A stretch of 64,000 bases of DNA from Zootoca vivipara (Eukaryota), in the NCBI RefSeq assembly GCF_963506605.1, contig NC_083278.1:4526001-4590000 (forward strand), written 5' to 3'. Below are positions 11,434 to 22,487 of this stretch, one piece after another. The stretch's first letter is position 1; every line of letters starts with the position of its first letter. The position numbers were made by a program, and so were the translations under genes. The notes under the pieces are model-generated. The model did no database searches. It worked only from the letters and a program-made list of their open reading frames with translations, and was not told where the DNA came from.

Positions 11434-12149
11434 GGTGAAAGAGGAGAGCGCAAAATATGGTCTGAAGCTCAACATCAAAAAAACCAAGATCATGGCCACT
11501 GGTCCCATCACCTCCTGGCAAATAGAAGGGGAAGAAATAGAGGCAGTGAGAGATTTCACCTTCTTGGGCTCCTTGATCACTGCAGATGGTGACAGCAGTC
11601 ACGAAATTAAATGACGCCTGCTTCTTGGGAGAAAAGCAATGACAAACCTAGACAGCATCTTAAAAAGCAGAGACATCACCTTGCCGACAAAGGTCCGTAT
11701 AGTTAAAGCTATGGTTTTCCCAGTAGTGATGTATGGAAGTGAGAGCTGGACCATAAAGAAGGCTGATCGCTGAAGAATTGATGCTTTTGAATTATGGTAC
11801 TGGAGGAGACTCTTGACTTGAGAGTCCCATGGACTGCAAGAAGATCAAACCTATCCATTCTTATGGAAATCAGCCCTGAGTGCTCACTGGAAGGACAGAT
11901 CCTGAAGCTGAGGCTCCAATACTTTGGCCACCTCATGAGAGGAGAAGACTCCCTGGAAAAGACGTTGATATTGGGAAAGATGGAGGGCACAAGGAGAAGC
12001 GGACAACAGAGGACGAGATGGTTGGACAGTGTTCTCGAAGCTACGAACATGAGTTTGACCAAACTGCGGGAGGCAGTGGAAGACAGGAGTGCTTGGTGTG
12101 CTATGGTCCATGGGGTCACGAAGCGTCGGACACGACTAAACAACAACAA
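11434..12149 (+). mobile_element. BovB/RTE LINE, 5'-truncated
   Basis: RT C-terminal peptides (RVPWTARRSNLSIL...KLRLQYFGHLMR...HGVTK), (CAA)n tail, 12-bp TSD CTGAGATGGGAG (11422-11433 / 12150-12161). Confidence 0.92.
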
Positions 12150-12249
12150 CTGAGATGGGAGAAAGGGATGAGGGGAGTGTCCCAGACGTGGTTGGACTAC
12201 AGCGCCCATCATGCACTGCGGTGGGGGGGAGGTGCAGCCCAAGGGCGGC

Positions 12250-12385
12250 CCAGCTGCTTAGAGCGCAGGTGCTGAACACGCCGAGGATGCAGGTTCGATC
12301 CCCGTGTGGGACAGCTGCTTCTTCCTGCCTTGCAGGGGGTCGGACTAGATGTCCCCCAGGGTCCCTTTCCAACTCCACCGTTCTA
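12250..12385 (+). mobile_element. tRNA-derived SINE (CR1-tail family), CpG-rich copy
   Basis: gcaggttcgatcccc B-box-like motif and ...ggtccctttccaactc tail; similar to 843-977. Confidence 0.6.
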
Positions 12386-13110
12386 AGGTTCTGTGCCCTC
12401 TGAGGAACCGCTTCTCAAGACTGAGAAGGGCCGGTCCGCAGGGGCGGCTGCGGAGATTCGGCGGCCTTAGGAAAGCGAGGCTGAGCCGGTCAGCCCGGCC
12501 CCGGGGGTCCCTCTGGCCGTCGCCACTCACTCGGTCGGGGAGGCCCGGAGGAGGATGGTGCTCTTTGGGCGTGGATGTCATTGGCCCCCGCTTCCCTCCG
12601 GGGCTCTCGCTTCCCTCGGGGGCCTCCATGCCCGCCGGCCCGGCCCGGCCCGGCCTCGCCCAGCACAGCACAGCCCGCCGGGGTTGGACGCCTCTTCGCC
12701 GCGCGCCGAGGAAGGACGCCGCGCGCCGGCCTCGGAGCGTCCCTCCGCCGGGGAAAAAGAGTCCCTCGGGTTCTCCTTCCTGGAACTCCCTACGGAGTTC
12801 CGTGGCCCCCGCGAAAGGCTTCTCCCGGGTAGTGGTTGCCTCTTACCGGGCTGGGAACGGGGCTTCGGTTGGAAACACACGCGAGTCCCACCAGCCCCAA
12901 GAAGAAAACGGCAAGTCGCCTTGCTGTATTCATCCGCGCAAGGCGGCATCGTAGCCATGGCGATTTGGGGCGAGGAAGGAGCTCCAATCAAAAGGGAGCG
13001 CGCTGCCTGAGGAGCCAATCGCTGGCCTCTGCCATTCATCCGCTGAAGAGGCTCGTGGTTGCAGCGATTGGCTTTGGAGAGACGACGGGGCGGGCTGGTC
13101 CTGCAATCCG
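12300..13110. promoter_or_regulatory. CpG island promoter of the novel gene with three CCAAT (NF-Y) boxes
   Basis: High GC/CpG density; CCAAT at 12984 and 13015, ATTGG at 13067; GC-box-like ggggcggg at ~13087. Confidence 0.75.
12847..12933 (-). CDS. Novel gene coding exon 1: signal peptide / signal anchor (MNTARRLAVFFLGLVGLACVSNRSPVPSP)
   Basis: ATG at 12933, basic n-region + 14-residue hydrophobic core, consensus donor CCG|GTAAGA in phase 0 matching all downstream exons. Confidence 0.65.
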
Positions 13111-16100
13111 CTTGCATGTACTTTACTGTAATTATTTATCACTCAGCCGGGGATGGTGCGCCTGAGCATGTGCAGAGAGCCAGCCCCTCCCCAAGTGCCT
13201 CCCTGAAACAGCTGGCAGCAAGGATGTGGGGACTAGCCACTTGATAACTAGTTATAAATTATCTGGAGAAACCAGAGTTTCCATAGCAGTGGAGACGCCC
13301 AGCGGACACATACGGACATTACCCAAACATCATGGATAAACAACAGGAAACATTGATTGATCTGAGGTGACTGTTTAATTTCACAAAGTCACAGTGTTCT
13401 CTTGCAGTGTGTTGGCCGGGTATTGCACAAATAGGTAAGAGTTTGCAGAGAAAGAAGATAGTTGGGTTTTGGATTTGCATCAGCAAAACCCTGACAGAAA
13501 TGAGGTTCTGGCCAATCAACCTTTTGTGGGCTATGCTTTCTCAAGCAAGCAATTAAAAAAAAAACATGTGTTCCAATTATTGCTTCCAAAACTAATGAAG
13601 AACTAGATAAAGAAGTTTCATCTTGGGGAGCTTTGAAGACCTATGCTATACCAGCCCATCCAGTCAACCAGTGTTGTTACCTTGCTGGCCTTGTCGCCTA
13701 ACCTGTGCAACAGCAAGCAGGCCATCCGAATACTGGTGGTGAATTGGTGACCATGAATAAAAACTATCCTTCACAAACTTTTGGCTGCCCCCTCTTTTCC
13801 TCTTGCTCATATCCTTCATTTACGTTGCTGTTTCTCAGGCCTATCTTCCTTTAGAATGACCCTTCCTGAGCTCCCTGCCTATTTGCTTCCTTATCTCACC
13901 CTTCTTCCTTGACTTTCCCGTTCCTGCCCGCAATGCTACTTCTTTCTTTGGGTTTGTTATAAGCAAAGTGGCCTTTCATGGTTCTATCATCAAGAAGCCA
14001 ACTTGCCTATGATGCCTGATTTGATTTACAGTAATTGATTTATTATATTTCTTTGCCGCTTTCCATTCACATGAACCGCAAAGCGGCTTATAAACAAAAA
14101 ATAAAAATAGCAGAATAGAACATAACAAATATAACATAAATCACATAGAATAATTAACAAATCATTAGTATAATGATTACAAATCACCAGTAAACCAAAT
14201 ACAATCTATATAGCACAAAACAAAACAACAACAAAGCTAATCAGCACATTTACAACAAAAGTTATTAAAGCTTTCTGCACCCAGGGATAGAAAGATGCAG
14301 AAAGCTTTAATGGCTTGGAAAAATAGCCAAGGGGACTGGGTTGTCAGCTGAGGAGCCTCTCAGGAAAGAAGAAGGAACACCAGATAGCTATGCTGAACTA
14401 AAGTAAACCCACAGAAAACAAACACTCCCGCAGCCTTGGAATTAGTAAGAAGGGCAGCACTATGAAAAGAAGAAAATGAAAAATATTTTGATAAAATGAA
14501 CGCACAGAATAAAACTCATGTGTTGTAAGAGGAAGGGGTATGTTGCTGTTGACCATGGAGAGGAGTGCTGAAAGAAAGTCAATTTTGTGAATCTGCAGCC
14601 CTTTTCCACCTGCTGCACCCTGGAAAGCTTTCAAAGCCACCTTGAGACAGGAAATGAGTTGCAATCCAGACACTTAATGGCCAATTCTGGATCAAACTTA
14701 AGGCCATGTTCATATGTCAGGTTTTCATGCTGCTTGGTAAATTTGGTGAGGGGTGTTATTTTGGGGGGTGGGACACAGTTGACTGACAGTTCCTTCTCAT
14801 ACTAACATTCCTCCCATTGCTTCAGACTGAATGATTGTGTTTATACAACCAAATACTATTTTTAAAAATGGAGTGTGGCAGACAAGAGAGTTTGTGAAGC
14901 TGCATAGGATATAAACATCTGAATTACAGTAGGATGTGGTAGCAATGCAGTTTTTGTAAAGCAGTGAGATGTTCAACAAGTGTGCAGATTCCAAGGGGGT
15001 GAAAGACCACATAGGAAGGCTCCAACTAGATCAAAACCATGGGCAAAGAGTTGATGTATTGCTGCACTTTGCCATTTGAAACAATAATTCTACCATGGAA
15101 TCTGAACGGTTGACCATTAATAATATCAACCAGGATCCTATTTCTAAGAGCTTCCTGCAAAATCTCATCTTGGGATCTCAATGGGATCACATTATTAAAA
15201 AAAAATGCTTTGAAAGAATTATTGGTATTACTTCATCTCATGAACATTACATGTGTATCAAACAAAATTATTGGGGGGGGGGGGCTTACACGTGAAATGT
15301 GTCTGGAAACATTTACAGTCTTCTTCCATTATTTATACTTTACACCAAACACTTTTCAAGAGCATTTGTTGCACACATTTCATTTTTGGTGGTTTTAGTT
15401 TTGACATATCTCAGTCCTGGGCTGAGCTTTAAAGGTTTTTGCGTAGGCCAAAATTATCTCTCTCTCTCTTTACATTTCATACCCTCATAATGGGATGAGA
15501 TGAAAAATTGAAATTTGGACGGCATGAGGTAACAAAGTTGGATCACTTGATATGGAATGACCCAGATAGCAGAACTTGCAAACATAGATTTGACACAAAG
15601 ATTGCAATGTAGCCACAGGTAGATGAGATGCAGGCTATGATCTGAATTGTGATGATATATGTAGAATGCTGATAAAACAGCAGACTAATTATTCATCTGT
15701 TGAATTTTAAAACTTTTCCCTTTAGCTGAACTCTGGAAAGTGTAGTCTGCTGACACTCTGGAATTGCTTAGTGGAATGCTGATCAAGGGGAAAACCCATT
15801 CCAATGGGCAACAAAACAATGGAGAAAACCACACACATTTTAACCTAGCCAATGTTTTTCTGCTGACATAAACATTGTGGCCAAATTAACCTGTGGAGGA
15901 AGATTTGTAGGGCCACAGATTTACAACTCCTTCATTCCCAGATAGGAAAGTACTTGGACAGGTGATACCTCTCTCCCAATAGCACCTGAGATTCTGGGAA
16001 GGATTCGGCTGAGGGATTCCTGGGGAACAAATGGTGGTGGGCTGGCTCCTAGGATCGAAAAGAGGCAGGTGAAAGATCTAGCACTAGTGTGGGTTGCCAA

Positions 16101-16426
16101 CCACAACATAGCCTGGGAGTAGCAGATATTGCAGAATGGCTGAAGTGATGCAGGTTGGAAGAAAGACCACTGACCAGGGCTGGCCCACCCATCAGGCCGC
16201 TGCTTCAGGCAGCAGGATCCACAGGGTCAGAAGGTCCCAATGCAGCCCTTCATTCACCCCTTGTGCCTAAAGTAGGTCGTCACTCTCTTCTTCCTCCCTG
16301 ATGGGGAGAGGGGCACCATTTTGTGGTTCACCTCAGGCACCAATATGTCTTGGGCTGGCCCTACCACTGGGAGCTCCATGAAAGAGCTGGCTGTCGCTTC
16401 CTCCCTTAATGTCATGCTTAAATAAT

Positions 16427-16560
16427 AGAATTGTAGAGTTGAAGGTACCATGAGAGAAATCTAGTTCAACTCCCCTACAATGCAGGAATCTTTTGCCCAA
16501 CATGGGACTTGAACCCACGACCCTGAGATTAAGTGTTTCATGCTTTGCCCACTGAATTAT
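16427..16560 (-). mobile_element. tRNA-derived SINE with CR1-type tail
   Basis: ggtcgtgggttcaagtcccatgttgggcaaaagattcctgcattg... on minus strand; same family as ~27126-27232. Confidence 0.7.
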
Positions 16561-16727
16561 CCTCCCATTCCAGCATTTGCTTCCGGCCTCAGTATCTTTT
16601 TGTGTCGTATGACAGAGAGGTAGACTCCAATAAAGACAGGATACATTTTGAAAAAGTGAAAAATTATCCTGCAATGGAAAAGTTAAAAACTGTTTTGAGT
16701 CCCCCTTTAAAACAAAAATACCGAAAC

Positions 16728-17165
16728 TTTATTTATTTTATTTATTTATTTATTAGATTTATATACCGCCCTTCATCATAAGATCTCAGGGCAGTTCATA
16801 GAATAAAAAACAGGATAAAAACAAGTAAATAATTAAAAACAAAACAGCAAAACAATAACCCCCCTTCCCACAGACACATTTAAAAGACTGTAGAATATTA
16901 ATCAGCCAAAGGCCTGGTTGAAGAGGAAAGTTTTTGCCTGGCGCCTAAAATATATAATGAAGGCATCAGGCAAACCTCCCTAGTGAGAGCATTCTACAAA
17001 CAGGGAGCCACTACAGAGAAGGCCCCGTTCTCATGTTGCCACCCTTTGGGCTGCACATGGAGAACGGCCTCAGATGATGAACATGGAGTCCAGGACGGTT
17101 TATATGAAGAGAGGTGGTCCTTCAAGTATTGCGGTCCTGAGCCATTGAAGGCTTTATAGATCAAA
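16728..17165 (-). mobile_element. L2-clade LINE 3' end
   Basis: YKAFNGSGPQYLKDHL...AFSVVAP peptide and (TAAA)n tail; homologous to 57530-57900. Confidence 0.75.
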
Positions 17166-17857
17166 AGCTGAGGAGGTCTTTGTCTCCTACCCAATGTGTG
17201 TTTGATTTGGTCACCAAACTTTGTTTTAAAAGTACAGTTTACACCCCTCTCCATAATACTGGGAGACAGCGGTCTTTTGTCTCCCAGAAGCCCTGCATTA
17301 TTGCATCCTTCTAGCTCAAGAGCTTTTGGTGTTTCCTTTCAGTCATAAGGATGCTTAGGAAAAATATTTCTACTACAGTACACTTATGAAGAAGTTGTGC
17401 TCCCCCCCCCCCGTACTTTACAAACACGTTGTATCATACCTATACGAGTCCTTCACACTTTAATCTGTTTCTTTCTTCCTTGTAGCATCATCCTGTTATC
17501 TCTCCTACACAGAAGGGCGGCCTTGGTTTGGGACAAAACACAAATGGGCAGCCTGGAGTTGACAGTGCCAACACTTAGGTCCTTCTTCCTTTCCTGTTGG
17601 AAAGGACAAAATGGGCTACCTACGTCTGCCTGCATACTGGTAGGAGCCATCTCCTAGGGCTGAGGTTCCTTCTTCCTCCACCCCAATAAAATATTTGAGG
17701 GGGGATTGCCATTCAAATGGTGTGTGTGCACCATGTCATGTGATTATGTGGGGTGGGGCAGGGCTTACCTCCCCCAACCCCAATATTTTATTCAAGTTGG
17801 CTCCCCTGCCTGCCTGCCTAATCCTGCACTAAGGCAAGGTATATATCCAGTGTCCCA

Positions 17858-18405
17858 GGTGGGAATGGGTGATAGACTGATAGGTGTGGAAATTCGTTGA
17901 TGACTGTTAACGACGGCAATTGGTCCTACAGGAAAAAGCAAGGGGTGAGATGGCTTTATAATGAGATAATAATAACAACAGAATGAGATAATAATAATAA
18001 CAGAAGTTGCTGAACTGCAACTCATTACCAAACTTAAAACCATGGAAAGACCTGGTCTGAATAAAGACATTGGATTCTTATCTCATTATACATGATAAAG
18101 CTTTCTTTAGCCATCTCACCCCTTGATTTTCCCTGTAAGACCAATTGCAGTCATTAACAGTCATCAACGAGTTTCCACACCTATCAGTCTATCACCCATT
18201 CCCACCACCCTTCTGAGTAATACCCCCACACACCCTCTTTATACATAAGGGTCTGGAGACTTCTGTTTCAGTGTATCTGAAGAAGTGTGCATGCACACAA
18301 AAGCTCATACCAATGACAAACTTACTTGGTATCGAAGCTGCTACTGGAAGGATTTTTTTTTTTTTGTTTCAACTACGCCAGACCAACATGGCTGCCTACC
18401 TGTAT
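17858..18405 (+). mobile_element. Penelope-like element 3' end with inverted duplication
   Basis: EVAELQLITKLKTMERPGLNKDIGFLSHYT* (GIY-YIG C-terminus) at ~18003-18095; 17858-17990 is an inverted copy of ~18080-18205; degenerate hammerhead at ~18273-18310. Confidence 0.8.
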
Positions 18406-18891
18406 TTAGGACAACATGCAGGCTTAGGGGGTGTGGGGATCTCCATTCAGAAATCAAAGATTACAGATTTCAGTTCCTTTCCTAACCAGAAAATTCACAT
18501 GAAGTATAATCCTGATTACTGTAATGCTGTGATACAAGATGGTTGCTAAATATGGAAAGTGCAAATGAAATGTCTTGGTGCACTTATTTCAGGTCAACCA
18601 TTCAGACCATGATGCCCTTGTTCTCTCACTGGATTTTCCTTGCAATAGTAGCATGTGGTAAAAGCAAATAAATATAGTAGATAGAAAACTATTTTTTCAT
18701 TGGATGTGAAAAACTTGGGTTATTGTAAGTTAATGAAGTAATTTAGACAAACTTCCATATTTACCATTCAAATATCCAGTATCAGAAATCCAACAAATAT
18801 GGCATATTGACAGCAAAAATATGTGTCCTGCTATTGTACTCATTCTTAGCCTTGTTAATTTCACACTCGGCTTAAAAAAAATCTTCATTAT

Positions 18892-19144
18892 TCATTTCTG
18901 TTTATGCACTTGGATTGGCTGTGTTTGTGATATAGTGGTGCCTTGTTGTGTTTGGCACATACTAATGGAAAAGGTGTCTGGCTGCCTTTTTCTTTCAAAA
19001 CTATAACATTCAATTTTTTCTTCAGCGGAGACGGTCCTAGTGCTTATTAAACGAAATCCTTCTTTGAGTAATAAGTCAACCAGCAGGCCAAGCACATTTG
19101 TTCCATTAATCAATTTCCTCTGATCAGGTTTTATAGAAACATAT
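18892..19144 (-). CDS. KCNRG: Potassium channel regulator, coding exon 2
   Basis: Acceptor ttttttccAG; RYVSIKPDQRKLINGTNVLGLLVDLLLKEGF matches the KCNRG C-terminus; phase 2 matches exon 1. Confidence 0.93.
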
Positions 19145-19485
19145 CTGGAAAAAATCATGAATAAATGTTAGTGCCAACATGTACCCAGATAGTATACACC
19201 TACACTTGGTATTTTGCCTACCAGTGCAATAAAAATGATCAGTAGCAGTCTTGCCTTAGTTATTGCACATGCCTAAATATAAACTAGAAATGGATTAAAG
19301 CAGACAGCTGAGGTGTAAGGTATATAATGAATGTATATAATGAATGTAGTAGAATTAGGAAGAACCTATTTGTATGAAGCAGGGTTTAAAAGAGAAAGTC
19401 TGAAAAAGGTATGAACATTTGTCAGAGTTGCATGAGAGTACATATGCTATTTGTATTGTGTTAGCTTTGGAATCTAGAAAAATAC

Positions 19486-20060
19486 CTTGCTATAAACTGA
19501 TCACTGTAGTCAGTGCCACACTGGAAAATGACATCATGATGGGAAGGCCTCTCCAAAGAAAGGGGAATCAGCGACTTCTGTGAAGGGTCATTATGGCTTT
19601 TCCAAGTTGTTCCAACAAGCTTTTCTGAAAATACAGTGATTCGTCCAGCCAGTTCACCAACAGTGATGCTACAAGAGCCAAACACCCGGAAAAAAGCTTG
19701 ACTTTCTTGGAGCAAGAATCGTATTTCCAAGATCTCTAGCTTTGGTTTCAACAAACTTTCTCGACTCAGAAGGTCAGCCAGAGAGGAAATTTCATAGAAA
19801 TCAGCCTCTCTCTGCAGCCTCTGGTAGTCTGAGAAGTCACTGGGCAGAGAAAGCTGCCGTGTTCTTAAGAAGTCCAGAATATAGCTGAACAGAACTCCAT
19901 CACGGTCTATAAAGAACTGGCCATTCACCAACCTACATTCTAAGTCATTGCCACCCAACATCCTTGCCAATCTAGATTCAGGGAATTGCTGTAGCGTAGA
20001 ACGCCATGTTGTGAATTTCACTCCTCCCACATTCAAAATGCTCACATCTTGATTGTTCAT
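19486..20060 (-). CDS. KCNRG: Potassium channel regulator, coding exon 1 (BTB/T1 domain)
   Basis: MNNQDVSILNVGGVKFTT...FFIDRDGVLFSYILDFLR; donor AG|GTATTT; ~275 aa spliced; adjacent to TRIM13 as in other vertebrates. Confidence 0.95.
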
Positions 20061-21079
20061 TTTTCTCTTCTCCACAGGAAAACAGTGTCTTCTGGCAGAG
20101 TGTCTCCAAACTACATATGTAGAGGCAAAGAGCAAATCCTGTCCTGTGTTATGGGAGAGAAAGGCTGAGCAGACAGGATTCCCCAGCAACAACGTTGAAG
20201 TGTATAGTTTTGTTTACAAGGCTGGGCTGGTTGCTTGGGAACCAAAATACTGCAACTGAAATAAAGCATCATTATAAAAAAAAACATGTTGAAAGCCAAC
20301 CAGTGAGATCCTGACTGGCCAGAACGGCATCCAGTTTAGGACAGATCATGACCTACTTCCTTCACCCACCACAACAACCTACCCAAATAAGCTGCCTATT
20401 TGTGAGGCAGATATTCACAAATGCTACTATAGCTCAGATTTATAATCAAGGAGATACATAGGTCTGTCCTGGAAGCAAACAAATTTTTAAATTCCTATCT
20501 TGGGCTACAATTCTAACCCCTTACGTGGGAGTAAAGACTTACTTCTAAGTAGACATGGTGGATATTTCACTTTACAGCCTTTGGGGACAGCAGCTGATCT
20601 TAGGAACAAGTTCAACATTTTTGTTAGATAAGCAGCAATTTGGTATTGGAGTTCTCAAAGAACTCTCAGGTCACTCTAAAGGATACTAATATGCCAAACC
20701 CTGGGTATGTGTGGGGTCAGGGGATGGGTAGTACCTCTGGTGGGGGACATGTCATGTTCATTTGGGGGCAGTTTGTCCACCTCTGGGCCCCACCCTGTAC
20801 TTCGCTCTTACCCGCAGCTCCTAGCTGTCAGCATGAGAGTGGCCACAACTCAGGAAATGCCTTCGACTTGCCAGTTAATCCAGGTAGGGGTAGCCAATGG
20901 GTCTCAAAATCCTTTGTGGGTTAGGGGCTTCCTTTGCATGTGAAGACTGCCTCCAGTAGATTAAGCAGACAGGAATAATAGTGGGTCCAACAGTCAAGGA
21001 GGTGGTTTCTGCACATGCAAGTGAGGGGCAGATGGGGGTCGTCAGTCTGGGAAGGGAGCCCATGTACTCATCTAGGAGG

Positions 21080-21300
21080 ACAACTCTCTGATCCTAACCA
21101 TCTGCTGACTTGTAGGATATCTTTGGGAGAAGAATAAGTTAATGTGGAGAGGACTAAGATGGCTTCTTGTATGCCTCCTTCCACAGTTCCTGCAGCCAGG
21201 CTGATGCCAAACATAGTGCTCTGCTTTCCTTTGGACCCCATCAGTGAGGCCGGTGGGTGGGTTTGTCTGGACAGCGCTGGACCTCCAGACCCCCTTCCCC
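21080..21300 (+). repeat. Unclassified interspersed repeat (second copy ~54300-54530)
   Basis: Shared blocks ctgatcctaacc, gctctgct..cctttg.accNcatcagtga. Confidence 0.45.
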
Positions 21301-22487
21301 GCTATGCTGGCAATCAGCCCAACACCATCAAGTGACAATAATGGGTCTGACTCAGAAACAAATGGATCCCAAGCTGGCTGAGTGTCTCCCAGAATGCCCC
21401 ATTTTGGAGCTTCCCATCAGCGGTATTTTCACTGTACTTTTAAACTAAGGATTTCTGTACTTTATAGGACAGAGCTGTTTTGAAGAGGGCAGAGGAAGAC
21501 TTTCCCTCCATCGAAACCTCTGGAACAGTGTTTGGACAGCAGGCTAAGATGGCCTGATCAGCACCAGCAGCCTTTTTTCTTCCTCCACCTTTTAACATCC
21601 ATCCTGAAGTTTTCTCAGGAATTCAAAAGATTGCACACCACTTTGTAACAATTTGGTTGGCCTAATTTATTTCCCTAATATGAATTTAGATCATATATTT
21701 TGGGTGGCATTCACCTAAACAGACCTGTCAGCAGAATCCCTGCATAAGGACTTCCACAACAGGGCTTACCCCCTCTTCTGCCCCTGGTACTCCCTGGAAT
21801 TGGCTTGGCAGCATGAGGGAACCCCCAGAACAGCACGTGCAGGGGAAGGGGTTATCACTCTGCCTGGCAAGTTGGGAGTATTTGCACGGAATGAACAACT
21901 GGAAAAGTGTGAAGTTGAATTCCACCCTTTTGGATCAACACAGCTACCTTTAAAGCCAGCGAGACTTACTTCCAAGACGGGTACCGTATATTTAGGATCA
22001 GAGTCTAACTAGAAACTATTTTTTAGAAGTTAATAGTATGTATTTGTTCTTTCACATGTACAGCCAAATCAGAAATTGTTTTGCAATGTGCCATACTTCT
22101 GAAGTTTGGTACACCAGTGGTTATTACTTATATACTTGACCTCACAACCTATTACTTACACATTTTCTCCCCCCCCCCCAAATGTGTCCTTAACATTGAA
22201 AATCACTCAACAACAATGCACATATTTCATGAATTCTTTTACATAATCTGCAATGCCTGTTGATTCATACTGTACACAGAACTGATGCCTTTCACCTTGG
22301 GAAAAACAAGATAAATTGGCACTTTTTACCTAAGTAGGTAGCTCCTTTCAAATTCAATGTGCAAAATATTTTGAAGTATCAGTGGTTGCACCATAGAAAA
22401 ATGACATCATGATTGCTTAATCACTTTTTTAAAAACTTCCAAAGTAATCACTTCGAACATACTTTTCTTATTATACAAGGGTAGAAG

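Noticed and set aside
12345-13165. Long overlapping ORFs (e.g. 12349..12954, 12578..13117)
   Set aside because: Stop-poor GC-rich CpG-island sequence; only the spliced 12933-12847 segment has supporting structure
1-18890. miR-15a/miR-16-1 cluster expected beyond KCNRG by synteny
   Set aside because: I found no TAGCAGCAC-containing hairpin by eye on either strand; it probably lies left of the window
20061-20192. 44-aa N-terminal extension of KCNRG in the ORF track
   Set aside because: Starts at a non-ATG codon; homology begins at Met 20060
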